64,000 bases of DNA, taken from the NCBI GenBank assembly GCA_963797555.1, contig CAWCPV010000018.1:1-64000 (forward strand), in the 5' to 3' direction. The DNA is from an uncultured Gammaproteobacteria bacterium (GTDB lineage: Bacteria; Pseudomonadota; Gammaproteobacteria; CAWCPV01). The first letter of the stretch is position 1, and each line of letters starts with the position of its first letter. The position numbers and the translations under genes were made by a program. Below the pieces are notes generated by a model. The model did not search any database and was not told the DNA's origin. It saw only the letters and a list, made by a program, of their open reading frames with translations. Shown here in pieces: positions 55,420 to 64,000 of the stretch.

Positions 55420-56661
55420 TTGGGGAGTAGCTTGACCGCCGCCGACCACGACATCGTCATCGTGGGCGCAGGCCTGGTCGGTCTGACGCTCGCCTGTGCT
55501 CTGCAAGAAGGCCCCTGGGACATCGCAATCGTCGAAGCCGGCGAAGCCGAAGAAGCCGACGAAGACGGCTCCGAGGCGCCGTTTGACGTCCGCGTCTCAG
55601 CCGTGAGCCGCGCGTCCGAGCGCGTGTTCGCTGCGCTGGGTGTCTGGCGGGAGATGGAGGCTCTGCGCGTGACGCCATTTCGGGAAATGCACGTCTGGGA
55701 TGCCAACGGGCGGGGCTCCATCCACTTCGATAGCGCGGATATCGGGGAAGAGAGGCTGGGGTGCATTGTGGAGAACCGGGTCATGCGTGGGGCGCTATCG
55801 AGGCGTCTGTCTTCAGGACGCCGGCTGACCTGGTACCGGCCTGCGCAGGTGCACGCGCTGGAGCTGCGGGACAACCACTGGGATGTGTCGCTCGATACCG
55901 GGGAAACCATCCGAGGCCGGCTGGTGGTGGGGGCGGACGGGGTCGATTCCCGCGTACGCCTCCTGGCGGGCCTGCGGGCTACCGGCTGGCGCTACGAACA
56001 GCGGGCGCTGGTTGCGAACGTTCAAACCTCCCGATCTCATGGAGACACCGCCTGGCAGGTGTTCCTCCCCACGGGTCCACTCGCCTTTCTGCCCATGCCG
56101 GAGAATTACAGCGCCATCGTGTGGAGCACCACGCCTGCAGAGGCGCAGCGTTTGGCGTCCCTGGACGCGGATGCATTCCTGGCCGATTTGCAACTGGCCT
56201 TCGGCGCACGCCTCGGCCGTATGCTGAGCACGGGTCCCCGTGCCACGTTCCCGCTGCGCATGCTCCACGCCAAGAGCTACGTCGCACCACGCGCCGCCTT
56301 GGTCGGCGACGCGGCTCACACCATCCATCCACTGGCCGGGCAGGGCCTGAATCTGGGTCTCCTGGACGCAGCGGTCCTGGCCGAGCTGTTGCTCGGGGAA
56401 GGGTCGGAGGGTCGGGATCCCGGTGCCCTGCACACCCTTCGGCGATACGAGCGCTGGCGAAAGGGCGACAACATGGTCATGCTCGCGGCGCTGGAGGGCT
56501 TCCACCGGCTGTTCGGGAGCCGCACCTTGCTGGTGACCCATCTGCGCAACTGGGGGCTGACGCTGACAGACCTTGCCGGCCCGCTCAAGAACATGATCAT
56601 GCGTCATGCGACCGGGCTGACGGGGGACCTTCCGCGGCTGGCCCGCGCATCCAACGTGTAA
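55420..56661 (+). CDS. ubiI: FAD-dependent ubiquinone biosynthesis hydroxylase (UbiI/VisC or UbiF)
   Basis: GAGLVG, RVSAVS, GDAAHTIHPLAGQGLNLG, YERWRKGDN; follows ubiH. Confidence 0.82.
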   Translation: MGSSLTAADHDIVIVGAGLVGLTLACALQEGPWDIAIVEAGEAEEADEDGSEAPFDVRVSAVSRASERVFAALGVWREMEALRVTPFREMHVWDANGRGSIHFDSADIGEERLGCIVENRVMRGALSRRLSSGRRLTWYRPAQVHALELRDNHWDVSLDTGETIRGRLVVGADGVDSRVRLLAGLRATGWRYEQRALVANVQTSRSHGDTAWQVFLPTGPLAFLPMPENYSAIVWSTTPAEAQRLASLDADAFLADLQLAFGARLGRMLSTGPRATFPLRMLHAKSYVAPRAALVGDAAHTIHPLAGQGLNLGLLDAAVLAELLLGEGSEGRDPGALHTLRRYERWRKGDNMVMLAALEGFHRLFGSRTLLVTHLRNWGLTLTDLAGPLKNMIMRHATGLTGDLPRLARASNV

Positions 56662-56794
56662 CAGGCGCCGGGTCCAGCTTCACTTTCTTTGTCCTGCACG
56701 CTGCGTCCGATCGTGTTTCACGACGTGTTTATGGTTCACGGGAATGATCGAGTGTGGGCTCGGGGTGGCGTATGAGCCGATGAAAGAGCTTAGA

Positions 56795-57020
56795 CCTGAA
56801 TCCGTGACTCCAGGCCCTCCGGCAGGCGAGACGAGGGAGAAGGGCAGGTATTCTCAGCTAGGTTGGTCAGTTTTCAGCCAACTGGTGATCCTGACTGCGC
56901 AGAGCGGGCTTGAATCCTCGGTGGCGAAGGGGGTTCTTGGCGGAGTCGGGGCCCATGGCGCTGAATTGCGGGCATCGGAGGTCGTAGGCCAATACCGCAA
57001 AGGCGAGCACCAAATCGTTG
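56795..57020 (-). mobile_element. Degenerate IS1380 end remnant
   Basis: CCTGAATCCGTGAC end and TNDLVLAFAVLAY fragment homologous to the two full copies. Confidence 0.7.
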
Positions 57021-57200
57021 GTGCCTGTCTCACTCGGACGTGGTACGCAGGTAGTAGCCAACCCTGAGCATGATCGGCGGCTGCGTGGGCGCTTTTCGGC
57101 CGAGGACAAGCGACGTGTCTTGGCCGAGGCTTCCAGTGAGCATGGGAGCACTGGCGGCGCTGCTGCGCCGGGAGCGCAGTATCATTCCAGTGTTCCTGCG

Positions 57201-57922
57201 CTAATTATTCTGCCCGTGATCCCCGTGTCCCTGATCCCCGTGTCCCTGATCCCCGTGTCCTGAGCCCCATGTCCCTGAGCCCCATGTCCCTGAGCCCCGT
57301 GTCCCTGAGCCCCGTGTCCCTGAGCCCCATGTCCCTGAGCCCCATGTCCCTGAGGTCCGTAAATCTGAGATCCGTGCCCCTGAGATCCGTAACTCTGCTG
57401 ATCCCCGTGCCCGTGATCCCCGTGCCCGTGATCCCCGTGCCCCTGAGACCTGTAACCCTGAGATCCATGCCCCTGAGCCCGGTAACTCTGAGATCCGTGC
57501 CCGTAATGCCCGTGATCCCCTCTTCTGCGGTAATCCTTGTCCCATTGCCCATAAGGGATGTGCCGTTCTTTCCCGTAGCGGGTCCGGTAATCCCTCGGAA
57601 CGCGGAACACTGGGGCGGGTACGTAACGGCGCTCCACGGTCCCCCACGGCCCGTTGTACGCGCGCGCACGGTACCACCGGTCCCCGCGCGGAGACCACCA
57701 CCAGCCGTTGTAGAAGAAGACGTCGAAGTTCAATTGCGGCACGAAATAGACCTGGGAATTGGGGACCAGGACTACCGCCGGCGGTTCGGCGACCATGATC
57801 GGCGGGGGGCCGAGGTTGATGCTGATGCTCACTTGCGCCTCCGCCTCCCGAGTCCCGCCACAGACGAACAGCGCGCAGAGAATCGCAGCCGATACCGATA
57901 CGCCGTACCTATGTCCTCGCAT
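57201..57922 (-). CDS. Secreted protein with His/Gly-rich pentapeptide repeat tail (apparent frameshift near 57260)
   Basis: RBS GGGAG, signal peptide, VSISINLGPPP..FFYNGWWW..WY..YNGPW; GHG(A/S/D)(Q/H) repeats. Confidence 0.78.
57215..57520. repeat. 15-bp coding tandem repeat
   Basis: CCCTGAGCCCC(A/G)TGT and CCC(T/G)TGATCCCCGTG-like units repeated many times. Confidence 0.9.
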
Positions 57923-58510
57923 CTCAATCTCCCTGGTGACCCTGGGCCGCACTGGCAGAATCTTGCCGAGCGGTCGATTGAAGCACGCCGCGCCGGCACC
58001 GTCAACGGCCGCGTGCATCAGGTATCCGAGCGCCTCTCTGGACTCCGTTGAGGCGAGTCCCCGTTCGGCCAGCCCCAGCCTTGACTCCGCGTCTGGTCTA
58101 GGCAAGGATACCGTCCCATCGTGCCGGCTGGGACGGCCATCCGCTGGGCATAAGGTTCTGTGCGCAACTCGGGGGTGAGTTGCGGGCCCGTTCGAAGTCG
58201 AGAGCACCCAACCCGAAGCCGGCGTTGGGAGGGCCTGACCCTCTTCGATATCCGCGGCGAGGGGGTGGGAGAAGACGCGGACGGGGAACGCCCTGGAAGA
58301 GACCACGCCAGAGATTGCTCCACGGGCCGTGCAGCTCGGGAGCAGGCTTGCTGGGCCGACTGCCGACGCGGTGAGGGCCGGGCGACACGGATGAGTGAAC
58401 CGCCTTGGGGCGCGCCGGCGTCTCGGAAGTCGAGGTCAGAGACGAAAGGATGGCCCGCAGAGGGGCTGGTGGAACAGCGACAAGGCGCATGCGGTCAACG
58501 GAGGGGAGCC

Positions 58511-58783
58511 ATGAGTTTCATGGACAAGGTGCAAACAGTCCTGAGCAAGACCAAGAACGGCATCCGGGACTTTGTGGAGACCGCCAAGGTCAAACACGAG
58601 GTCCGCAAGCTGAACGATCGCAAGACGGCGCTGCTCAGCGAAATCGGGCGCCGCGTGTACGCCTTGTATGGCCAGCCCAATGCCGTGGCCGAGGTGGACG
58701 CACAATGCAAGGAGATCAAGGACATCGACGAGCAGATTACGGGGAAAGGGAACGAGATCGCGCGCATCAACACGCGGACTTGA
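58511..58783 (+). CDS. Small coiled-coil hypothetical protein
   Basis: RBS GGAGGGGAG; MSFMDKV...ETAKVK.EV..L......L.EIGR.VY. Confidence 0.7.
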   Translation: MSFMDKVQTVLSKTKNGIRDFVETAKVKHEVRKLNDRKTALLSEIGRRVYALYGQPNAVAEVDAQCKEIKDIDEQITGKGNEIARINTRT

Positions 58784-59097
58784 AACGTGGCGATGTCAAA
58801 TCCGTGGGACATGGCTCAGGTCTTGTCAACAAATCACCGCCGCCGTCGGATGGTCGGCTGGACACTTGGGTTGCACGGGACTCCCCGGGGCGCGCGGCCT
58901 TCCTGGTGCGGCTGCGGAACGCGGCTGCAGTGGCTGCGCTCACCGTGGCTCGGGTTTCCGAGAGGCGGAGCCACGGTGGGCGGTCTCCATCCATGGAATG
59001 AAGGCTGATACGTGACCCCCAGCCCCTTTCCGGCGAGGGGGAACGTGGGCTAGCTACCCCGCTGGCGCTCTTGCGTCGATGCGGGAGGACCTGGGGG

Positions 59098-60273
59098 TCA
59101 GTGGCCGATTCGCCCCTGGAGGTCGGCCGGCGTAAACGGACCGGGCTGCGCGATCAGCTCGCGGGCGGCATCCACCTTCCCCCAGACGTCCCAGAGCAGG
59201 ACCCCACGGACCCTGCCGTCGCGGAGGTAGTACAGGATGCCCTTGCGGAACGGCTCCTGCCAGTCGGTCACCACGTCGAGGCGGGAGTCCACCTCGCCCA
59301 CGGCCTCGTAACCCAGCTCGAACAGGTCGGAATAGAAGAAGGGCAGGTGATCGTATTCGACCTTCTCACCCACCAAGGCCCGACCAGCAGCGTCGCCCAT
59401 GGTGTTGGCGTTGTCCTCGTGCTCCACGCGCAGGCGCTTCTCCAGGGCGGGGTTGTAAAAGGCCGCCACATCTCCCGCGGCGAAGATGTCCTCGTGACTG
59501 GTGCGCAGCCCTCGATCGACGACGATGCCGTTGTCGACATCCAGGCCTGCCCGCTCGGCAAGCTCCGTGTTGGGGCGGATCCCCAGGCCCGCCACCACCG
59601 CATCCACGGTGAAACGTCCCGATCCCGTGCGCAGCGACACCCGTCGCTCTTGCCGCTCCAAACCCTCCACGCTCGCCCCGGGACGAACGTCGACGCCCTT
59701 CTCACGGTAATAGTCGTTGAGGAAGCGGGTCAGGTCCGGGGGAAACGTACGAGCGCCGATGCCCTCTTCAGGAAACAGCATGGTCACGCGCTTGCCGTTC
59801 ATGGCAAGAGCGGCGGCAATCTCGGAGCCGATGAAACCACCTCCCACGACACCGAAGTGCTCCCTGCCGTCCGCCAGCTCGCGCAGCTTGCGATAATCCT
59901 GAAGAGTGCGGAAGTATATGATGGAGTCGCCGCCGAACGGCAGCTCGCGGGGAGTGCCACCCGTGGCCAGGAGCAGGCGGTCGTAGGTGTACGTGTCACC
60001 CTGGCCGTCCGTGACCCGCCTGGAGGCCGGGTCGAGGTCGGCGGCGGTGCGACGGAGATGCAATACCGCGTCCAGATCCTCGACAGGCCGCCAGATCTTC
60101 TCCAGGGGTTTGCCCTTCCACAGGCCCTTGCTGAGGGGAGGGCGGTTGTAGGGCGGATCGGGCTCTGCGCCGATGATGCCGATGGACGCTCCCCGGTCGG
60201 TCCGGCGAATGCTGGTTGCGGCCGCGTGGGCGGTCATGCCGCCGCCGATGATGAGGTATCGGTAGTGCGTCAT
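59098..60273 (-). CDS. NAD(P)/FAD-dependent oxidoreductase (ferredoxin reductase-like)
   Basis: IIGGGMTA, PYNRPPLSK, LLLATG, GGGFIGSE, IFAAGDVA, PFFYSD. Confidence 0.93.
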   Translation of the reverse strand: MTHYRYLIIGGGMTAHAAATSIRRTDRGASIGIIGAEPDPPYNRPPLSKGLWKGKPLEKIWRPVEDLDAVLHLRRTAADLDPASRRVTDGQGDTYTYDRLLLATGGTPRELPFGGDSIIYFRTLQDYRKLRELADGREHFGVVGGGFIGSEIAAALAMNGKRVTMLFPEEGIGARTFPPDLTRFLNDYYREKGVDVRPGASVEGLERQERRVSLRTGSGRFTVDAVVAGLGIRPNTELAERAGLDVDNGIVVDRGLRTSHEDIFAAGDVAAFYNPALEKRLRVEHEDNANTMGDAAGRALVGEKVEYDHLPFFYSDLFELGYEAVGEVDSRLDVVTDWQEPFRKGILYYLRDGRVRGVLLWDVWGKVDAARELIAQPGPFTPADLQGRIGH

Positions 60274-61313
60274 GGCTCTCTCCTTGGTCTCTGGTTGGTG
60301 AGGCGTTACAAGAGCTTAGATGCCCTCAGTCGGCGAAGTATCCGGCGCCATGCGCTAGGCCTGCGTCGGCACGGTGTGGCGCGCGTGGTTGAAAACACAT
60401 GCCTGGCGGTGCCTTTGGCCCGGAATTGCCCGCCGCCGTGCGCCATGACCCAGGGCCAGGTGCGGTATCCGGCGAACGCAGGTCGGCACGAAGCTTCGCG
60501 TCTCCTCCGAGCGCACGAGCGAGAGTTAGACTGCAGCCTTGCGCGGCCGAAACGCAATAGTCCGCAGATCGCGCCACCGGCTCTCGGCTCGAATCAGAGC
60601 TTGCCAGGAAATGGGCGCGGGGGGCCGGTAAGCAAGCCGCACGGAGCGCAGCGCCGAGAAATAGCAAGTCCATAGGCGAGGAGCGACCGGATGGCAGAAC
60701 AGCCATTCGGCACGTGCGCAGGACGCCCCGAAGCGGTGGCGTACAGGGAGGTACGCCATGACCACCGCGCAACACCGCTGTCGGGACGCGGAGCACACCT
60801 ATTCGCAAGCTCTCGGCCTGGCGGCGAGATGCTCCCCGGCAGTGTAGGCGAACGCTGGGCCGCAGCCCGCAACACAGAGACAGGCGCCGTGGCAGGTCGA
60901 AATGCGGGAGTGCACGAGGGCGATGGTCGGACTCCACGCGGACCGGATCGTCCGAGGACCCGGCCGGGCGCTCCCAGCCGCCCGCGCATCCAGCGGGCTG
61001 GTGGTGAGACCGAGTCATCAAGGCTCCGGGTGTTCGCGGTACGCCAGGCACGGGCCGCCCTGTCACCGGCCGCACAAAGGCGCTACCGCAAGCGCGAAGC
61101 CGGGGTCCGACGCATCCCGTTGTGCCAACCCAGCCTACCTGTGGGGCCGTCGGACCAAGACCGTCGCACACCGAACGGCGTGTGACGCCCAGATTGTATC
61201 TGCCTTGCCTGTGGCCTATTCTCACCTCGCAGGTGAGGCACCTGCAGGCCGCCGGCTACGTCAGAGTTTCCACGGAGGGCCAATCCGGCCCACCTTTCAG
61301 AATAGGCGACGCG

Positions 61314-62321
61314 ATGAATGATAAGGCATGGGTTGCAAAGGCGGCGAAACAGCCGATGGTGCTGGAAACCGTTGATCTTGGACCGCTCGGGGTCGAGGAC
61401 ATTGAAGTCGCTGTCGAACACAGCGGTTTGTGTCACTCCGATCTCTCGGTCTTGAACAATGACTGGGGCATTTCGCAGTACCCCGCGATTCTCGGCCACG
61501 AGGTCATCGGTCGGGTCACGGCCATAGGTCCGAATGCCAAGGGTCTCAAGGTCGGACAGCGCGTCGGCGTCGGCTGGAACTCGGGGAGCTGCATGCACTG
61601 TCAGCAGTGCATGTCGGGAAGCCATCACCTTTGCCCGCAAGTGCAACCGACGATCGTCGGTCATCGCGGCGGGTTCGCGACCCACCTCCGCTCGCACTGG
61701 GCTTGGGCCTTCCCGCTCCCGGAAAAGCTGAACTTCGCCGAAGCCGGGCCGCTCTTGTGTGGGGGCATCACCGTCTTCGCGCCGCTGGCGATGTACGCCA
61801 AGCCGACCGACCGGGTGGGCATCATCGGCATCGGCGGGTTGGGCCACATGGCAGTCAAATTCGCGGCGGCCTATGGGTGCGAGGTGACCGCGTTCACCTC
61901 GAGCGAGAGCAAGTGCGATGAAGCCAAAGGTTTCGGGGCGAATCACGTCGTGTCGAGCAAGGACTCGGCGGCGATCAAGAAACTCGGCGGCAGCTTCGAC
62001 CTCCTGATCAGCACCGTCAACGTGAAGCTCGATTGGGACGCGATGATCGCCGCGCTCGCGCCCAACGGGCGGTTTCACGTCGTCGGTGCCGTGCTTGAAC
62101 CCATTCCGGTCGCGGCGTTCTCGCTCATCGTGCAGCAGCGCAGCGTCTCGGGTTCGCCGACTGGCTCGCCGGTGGCGATCCAGACGATGCTCGACTTTGC
62201 TTCACGGCACAATGTCGCACCGCAGACCGAGCACTTCCCGATGAGCCATATCAACGAGGCCTTCGCCCGACTTGAATCAGGCAAGGCCCGTTACCGCATC
62301 GTGCTGGACGCGGATTTCTGA
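61314..62321 (+). CDS. ahr: Zn-dependent NAD(P)H aldehyde reductase / alcohol dehydrogenase (Ahr/YjgB-like)
   Basis: GLCHSD, GHEVIG, C..C..C structural Zn site, PLLCGGIT, GIGGLGH, ARYRIVL. Confidence 0.85.
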   Translation: MNDKAWVAKAAKQPMVLETVDLGPLGVEDIEVAVEHSGLCHSDLSVLNNDWGISQYPAILGHEVIGRVTAIGPNAKGLKVGQRVGVGWNSGSCMHCQQCMSGSHHLCPQVQPTIVGHRGGFATHLRSHWAWAFPLPEKLNFAEAGPLLCGGITVFAPLAMYAKPTDRVGIIGIGGLGHMAVKFAAAYGCEVTAFTSSESKCDEAKGFGANHVVSSKDSAAIKKLGGSFDLLISTVNVKLDWDAMIAALAPNGRFHVVGAVLEPIPVAAFSLIVQQRSVSGSPTGSPVAIQTMLDFASRHNVAPQTEHFPMSHINEAFARLESGKARYRIVLDADF

Positions 62322-62564
62322 TCCGCTTGACCATCCAATTTTTTCCAGTGACAAGACGTTTTCGAGCCTCTGGGGGCCGCCTCGTTCTAGCCTTCTGAGA
62401 TTCACCGATCTCGCCGATGGGACCGACGTGTTCGGCCCCATAGAGGATGCTATCCAGAGCCGGGTGCCCAGCCGCGACGGCTTTTTGTACGATGGCCCCC
62501 GACACCGCAAGAACACCAGGAGGAGGGCGATCGATCGTCCATCCAGGGTCGCTGTGGGTTCGGT

Positions 62565-63428
62565 CTAGTCGTGCTGGTAGGCGGGCAAGCTGGCCCCACA
62601 GTTCTTGCAGAACTTCGCGTCGGCATCGTGGCCTTCGGAAAGACACACGGTGCAGGTGCGGGTCGTCGGGGGGCTCGGTCGCATCGCTTGTGCCGCGATC
62701 TCAGCGGTCACGATGCCGGTGGGTACGGCCAGTATGCTGTAGCCGAGGAGCATCACCAGGGACGCGATCCCCTGCCCCAGGGGCGTGCGCGGGGTCACGT
62801 CTCCGTAGCCGGTGGTCGTGACCGTAACGATGGCCCAGTAGATGCTCGTCGGAATGCTCGTGAAGCCGTTGGCCGGTCCCTCGATGACATACATCAGGGT
62901 GGCGAGAATCACCACCAACATCAGCACGGTGGTGGTGAACACGGCGATCTTGCGGCGGCTCGCAACCACAGCGCGCATCAGCAGCCGCGACTCCTCCAAG
63001 TACTGCACCATCTTGAAGACCCGGAACACCCGCAGCAAGCGCACGGTGCGGATGGTCATCAACGCCGGTGCGCCAGACAGAACAAGCGCTACATAGGTGG
63101 GGAGGACCGCCAGTAGATCGATGATCCCGTAGAGGCTCGTGGCGTAGCGCCAGGGGCGGCGCACGCTTGCCAGGCGCAGCAAGTACTCCACCGTGAAGAG
63201 CGCCGTGAAAAACCACTCCAGAGCAGCGAGCAGGGATCGGTGCGAGCTGGATATGCTGTCCACGCTGTCCAGCATAACGACCAGGACGCTGGCCAGGATC
63301 GCCAGGAGCAGTCCCGTGTCGAACGCGCGACCGGCGCGCGTATCCGCCTCGAAGATGATGACGTAGAGCCGGTGTTGCCAGCCCGTTTCCGGCTTGCCAA
63401 AGCTGGGCGCGTACATCGAGCCTCCCAT
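62565..63428 (-). CDS. Ion transporter / voltage-gated potassium channel
   Basis: Six TM helices, S4-like IRTVRLLRVFRVFK, filter TVTTTGYGD, C-terminal zinc ribbon. Confidence 0.92.
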   Translation of the reverse strand: MGGSMYAPSFGKPETGWQHRLYVIIFEADTRAGRAFDTGLLLAILASVLVVMLDSVDSISSSHRSLLAALEWFFTALFTVEYLLRLASVRRPWRYATSLYGIIDLLAVLPTYVALVLSGAPALMTIRTVRLLRVFRVFKMVQYLEESRLLMRAVVASRRKIAVFTTTVLMLVVILATLMYVIEGPANGFTSIPTSIYWAIVTVTTTGYGDVTPRTPLGQGIASLVMLLGYSILAVPTGIVTAEIAAQAMRPSPPTTRTCTVCLSEGHDADAKFCKNCGASLPAYQHD

Positions 63429-63539
63429 GTCTGCAGCGTGGCGGCGCTATCCTAGCATCCGCTGCCGCTCGAACCTGGAGGCTATCGGTTGTAGCTTCGC
63501 CGCCGGGTCTAAACCGGGATTTCGGAGAAACGGTAAGCC

Positions 63540-63680
63540 CCGCAAGTGGCGGCCTGGCTATTCATCCGAGGCGCAGAGAACTGCACCGTGGGAGTGGAGG
63601 CATCATGCGCGCTCACACTGAAGGCCGCCTGCTTTCTGCCCCGCCGGTCCGGAGAGAAACCCCCGGCAACCCGCTTAGCT
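63540..63680 (+). pseudogene. Second SNase-tail / group II intron 3'-end-like remnant
   Basis: EAQRTAPWEWRHHARS* then CCCCCGGCAACCCGCT|TAGC, homologous to 39870-40018. Confidence 0.55.
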
Positions 63681-64000
63681 CTCTATCTTTCGATGGCTGC
63701 TTCCGACCCACAACGGCCATTGGCGTCCGGCACGACATCGGCAGCAACGTGGCGGAGAGGGGACATGCGGATGCAGTGCACCCAAGTGCACCCAGCGGAG
63801 CGCAAAACGCGTTGCAGGCCGGACACTCAACGACGATAGCCCGCATGGGCCGGCCCATTCGACCGGACTACGAGCTGGTAAGCCTCGCCACGGAGCCTGT
63901 CCGCAAGGGCGACGGCAGCGTTCGCGCAACTCGCCGGGAAACCCCAACCGTATCCCTCAAGACTACCCTTCCCCCACAGTGACGCGGTTGAATTTCGTAT

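Noticed and set aside
57215-57520. Possible CRISPR array
   Set aside because: 15-bp contiguous units without unique spacers, in frame within a CDS; no cas genes in the window.
60300-61310. Overlapping ORFs in a 1-kb gap
   Set aside because: No recognisable motifs, RBS or repeat structure; likely GC-rich spurious ORFs or a decayed gene.

Overview
GC-rich proteobacterial chromosome segment, probably gammaproteobacterial given the 6S RNA-zapA-pepP-ubiH-ubiI block. It has three zones. (1) 1-37.5 kb: an eroded carbohydrate/stress island (gnd, tkt, glgX, glgP, pgm, cyclic beta-1,2-glucan synthase, CsbD, DUF3309) riddled with IS4, ISL3, IS630, IS1634, IS1380, IS110 and IS91 copies or remnants. (2) 37.7-50.1 kb: an integron-like region with no IntI. 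A tyrosine recombinase (non-IntI) plus IS91-type HUH/Y2 transposase pair is bounded by a perfect 57-bp hairpin-forming inverted repeat (42949-43005 / 45333-45389). Each repeat is followed 3 nt outward by a GTTRRRY-like crossover box, and attC-bearing gene cassettes run outward from both ends. This is the best candidate for an undescribed system. (3) 50.3-64 kb: intact housekeeping genes followed by a few accessory genes. All calls come from reading the sequence and ORF track by eye; no database searches were run.
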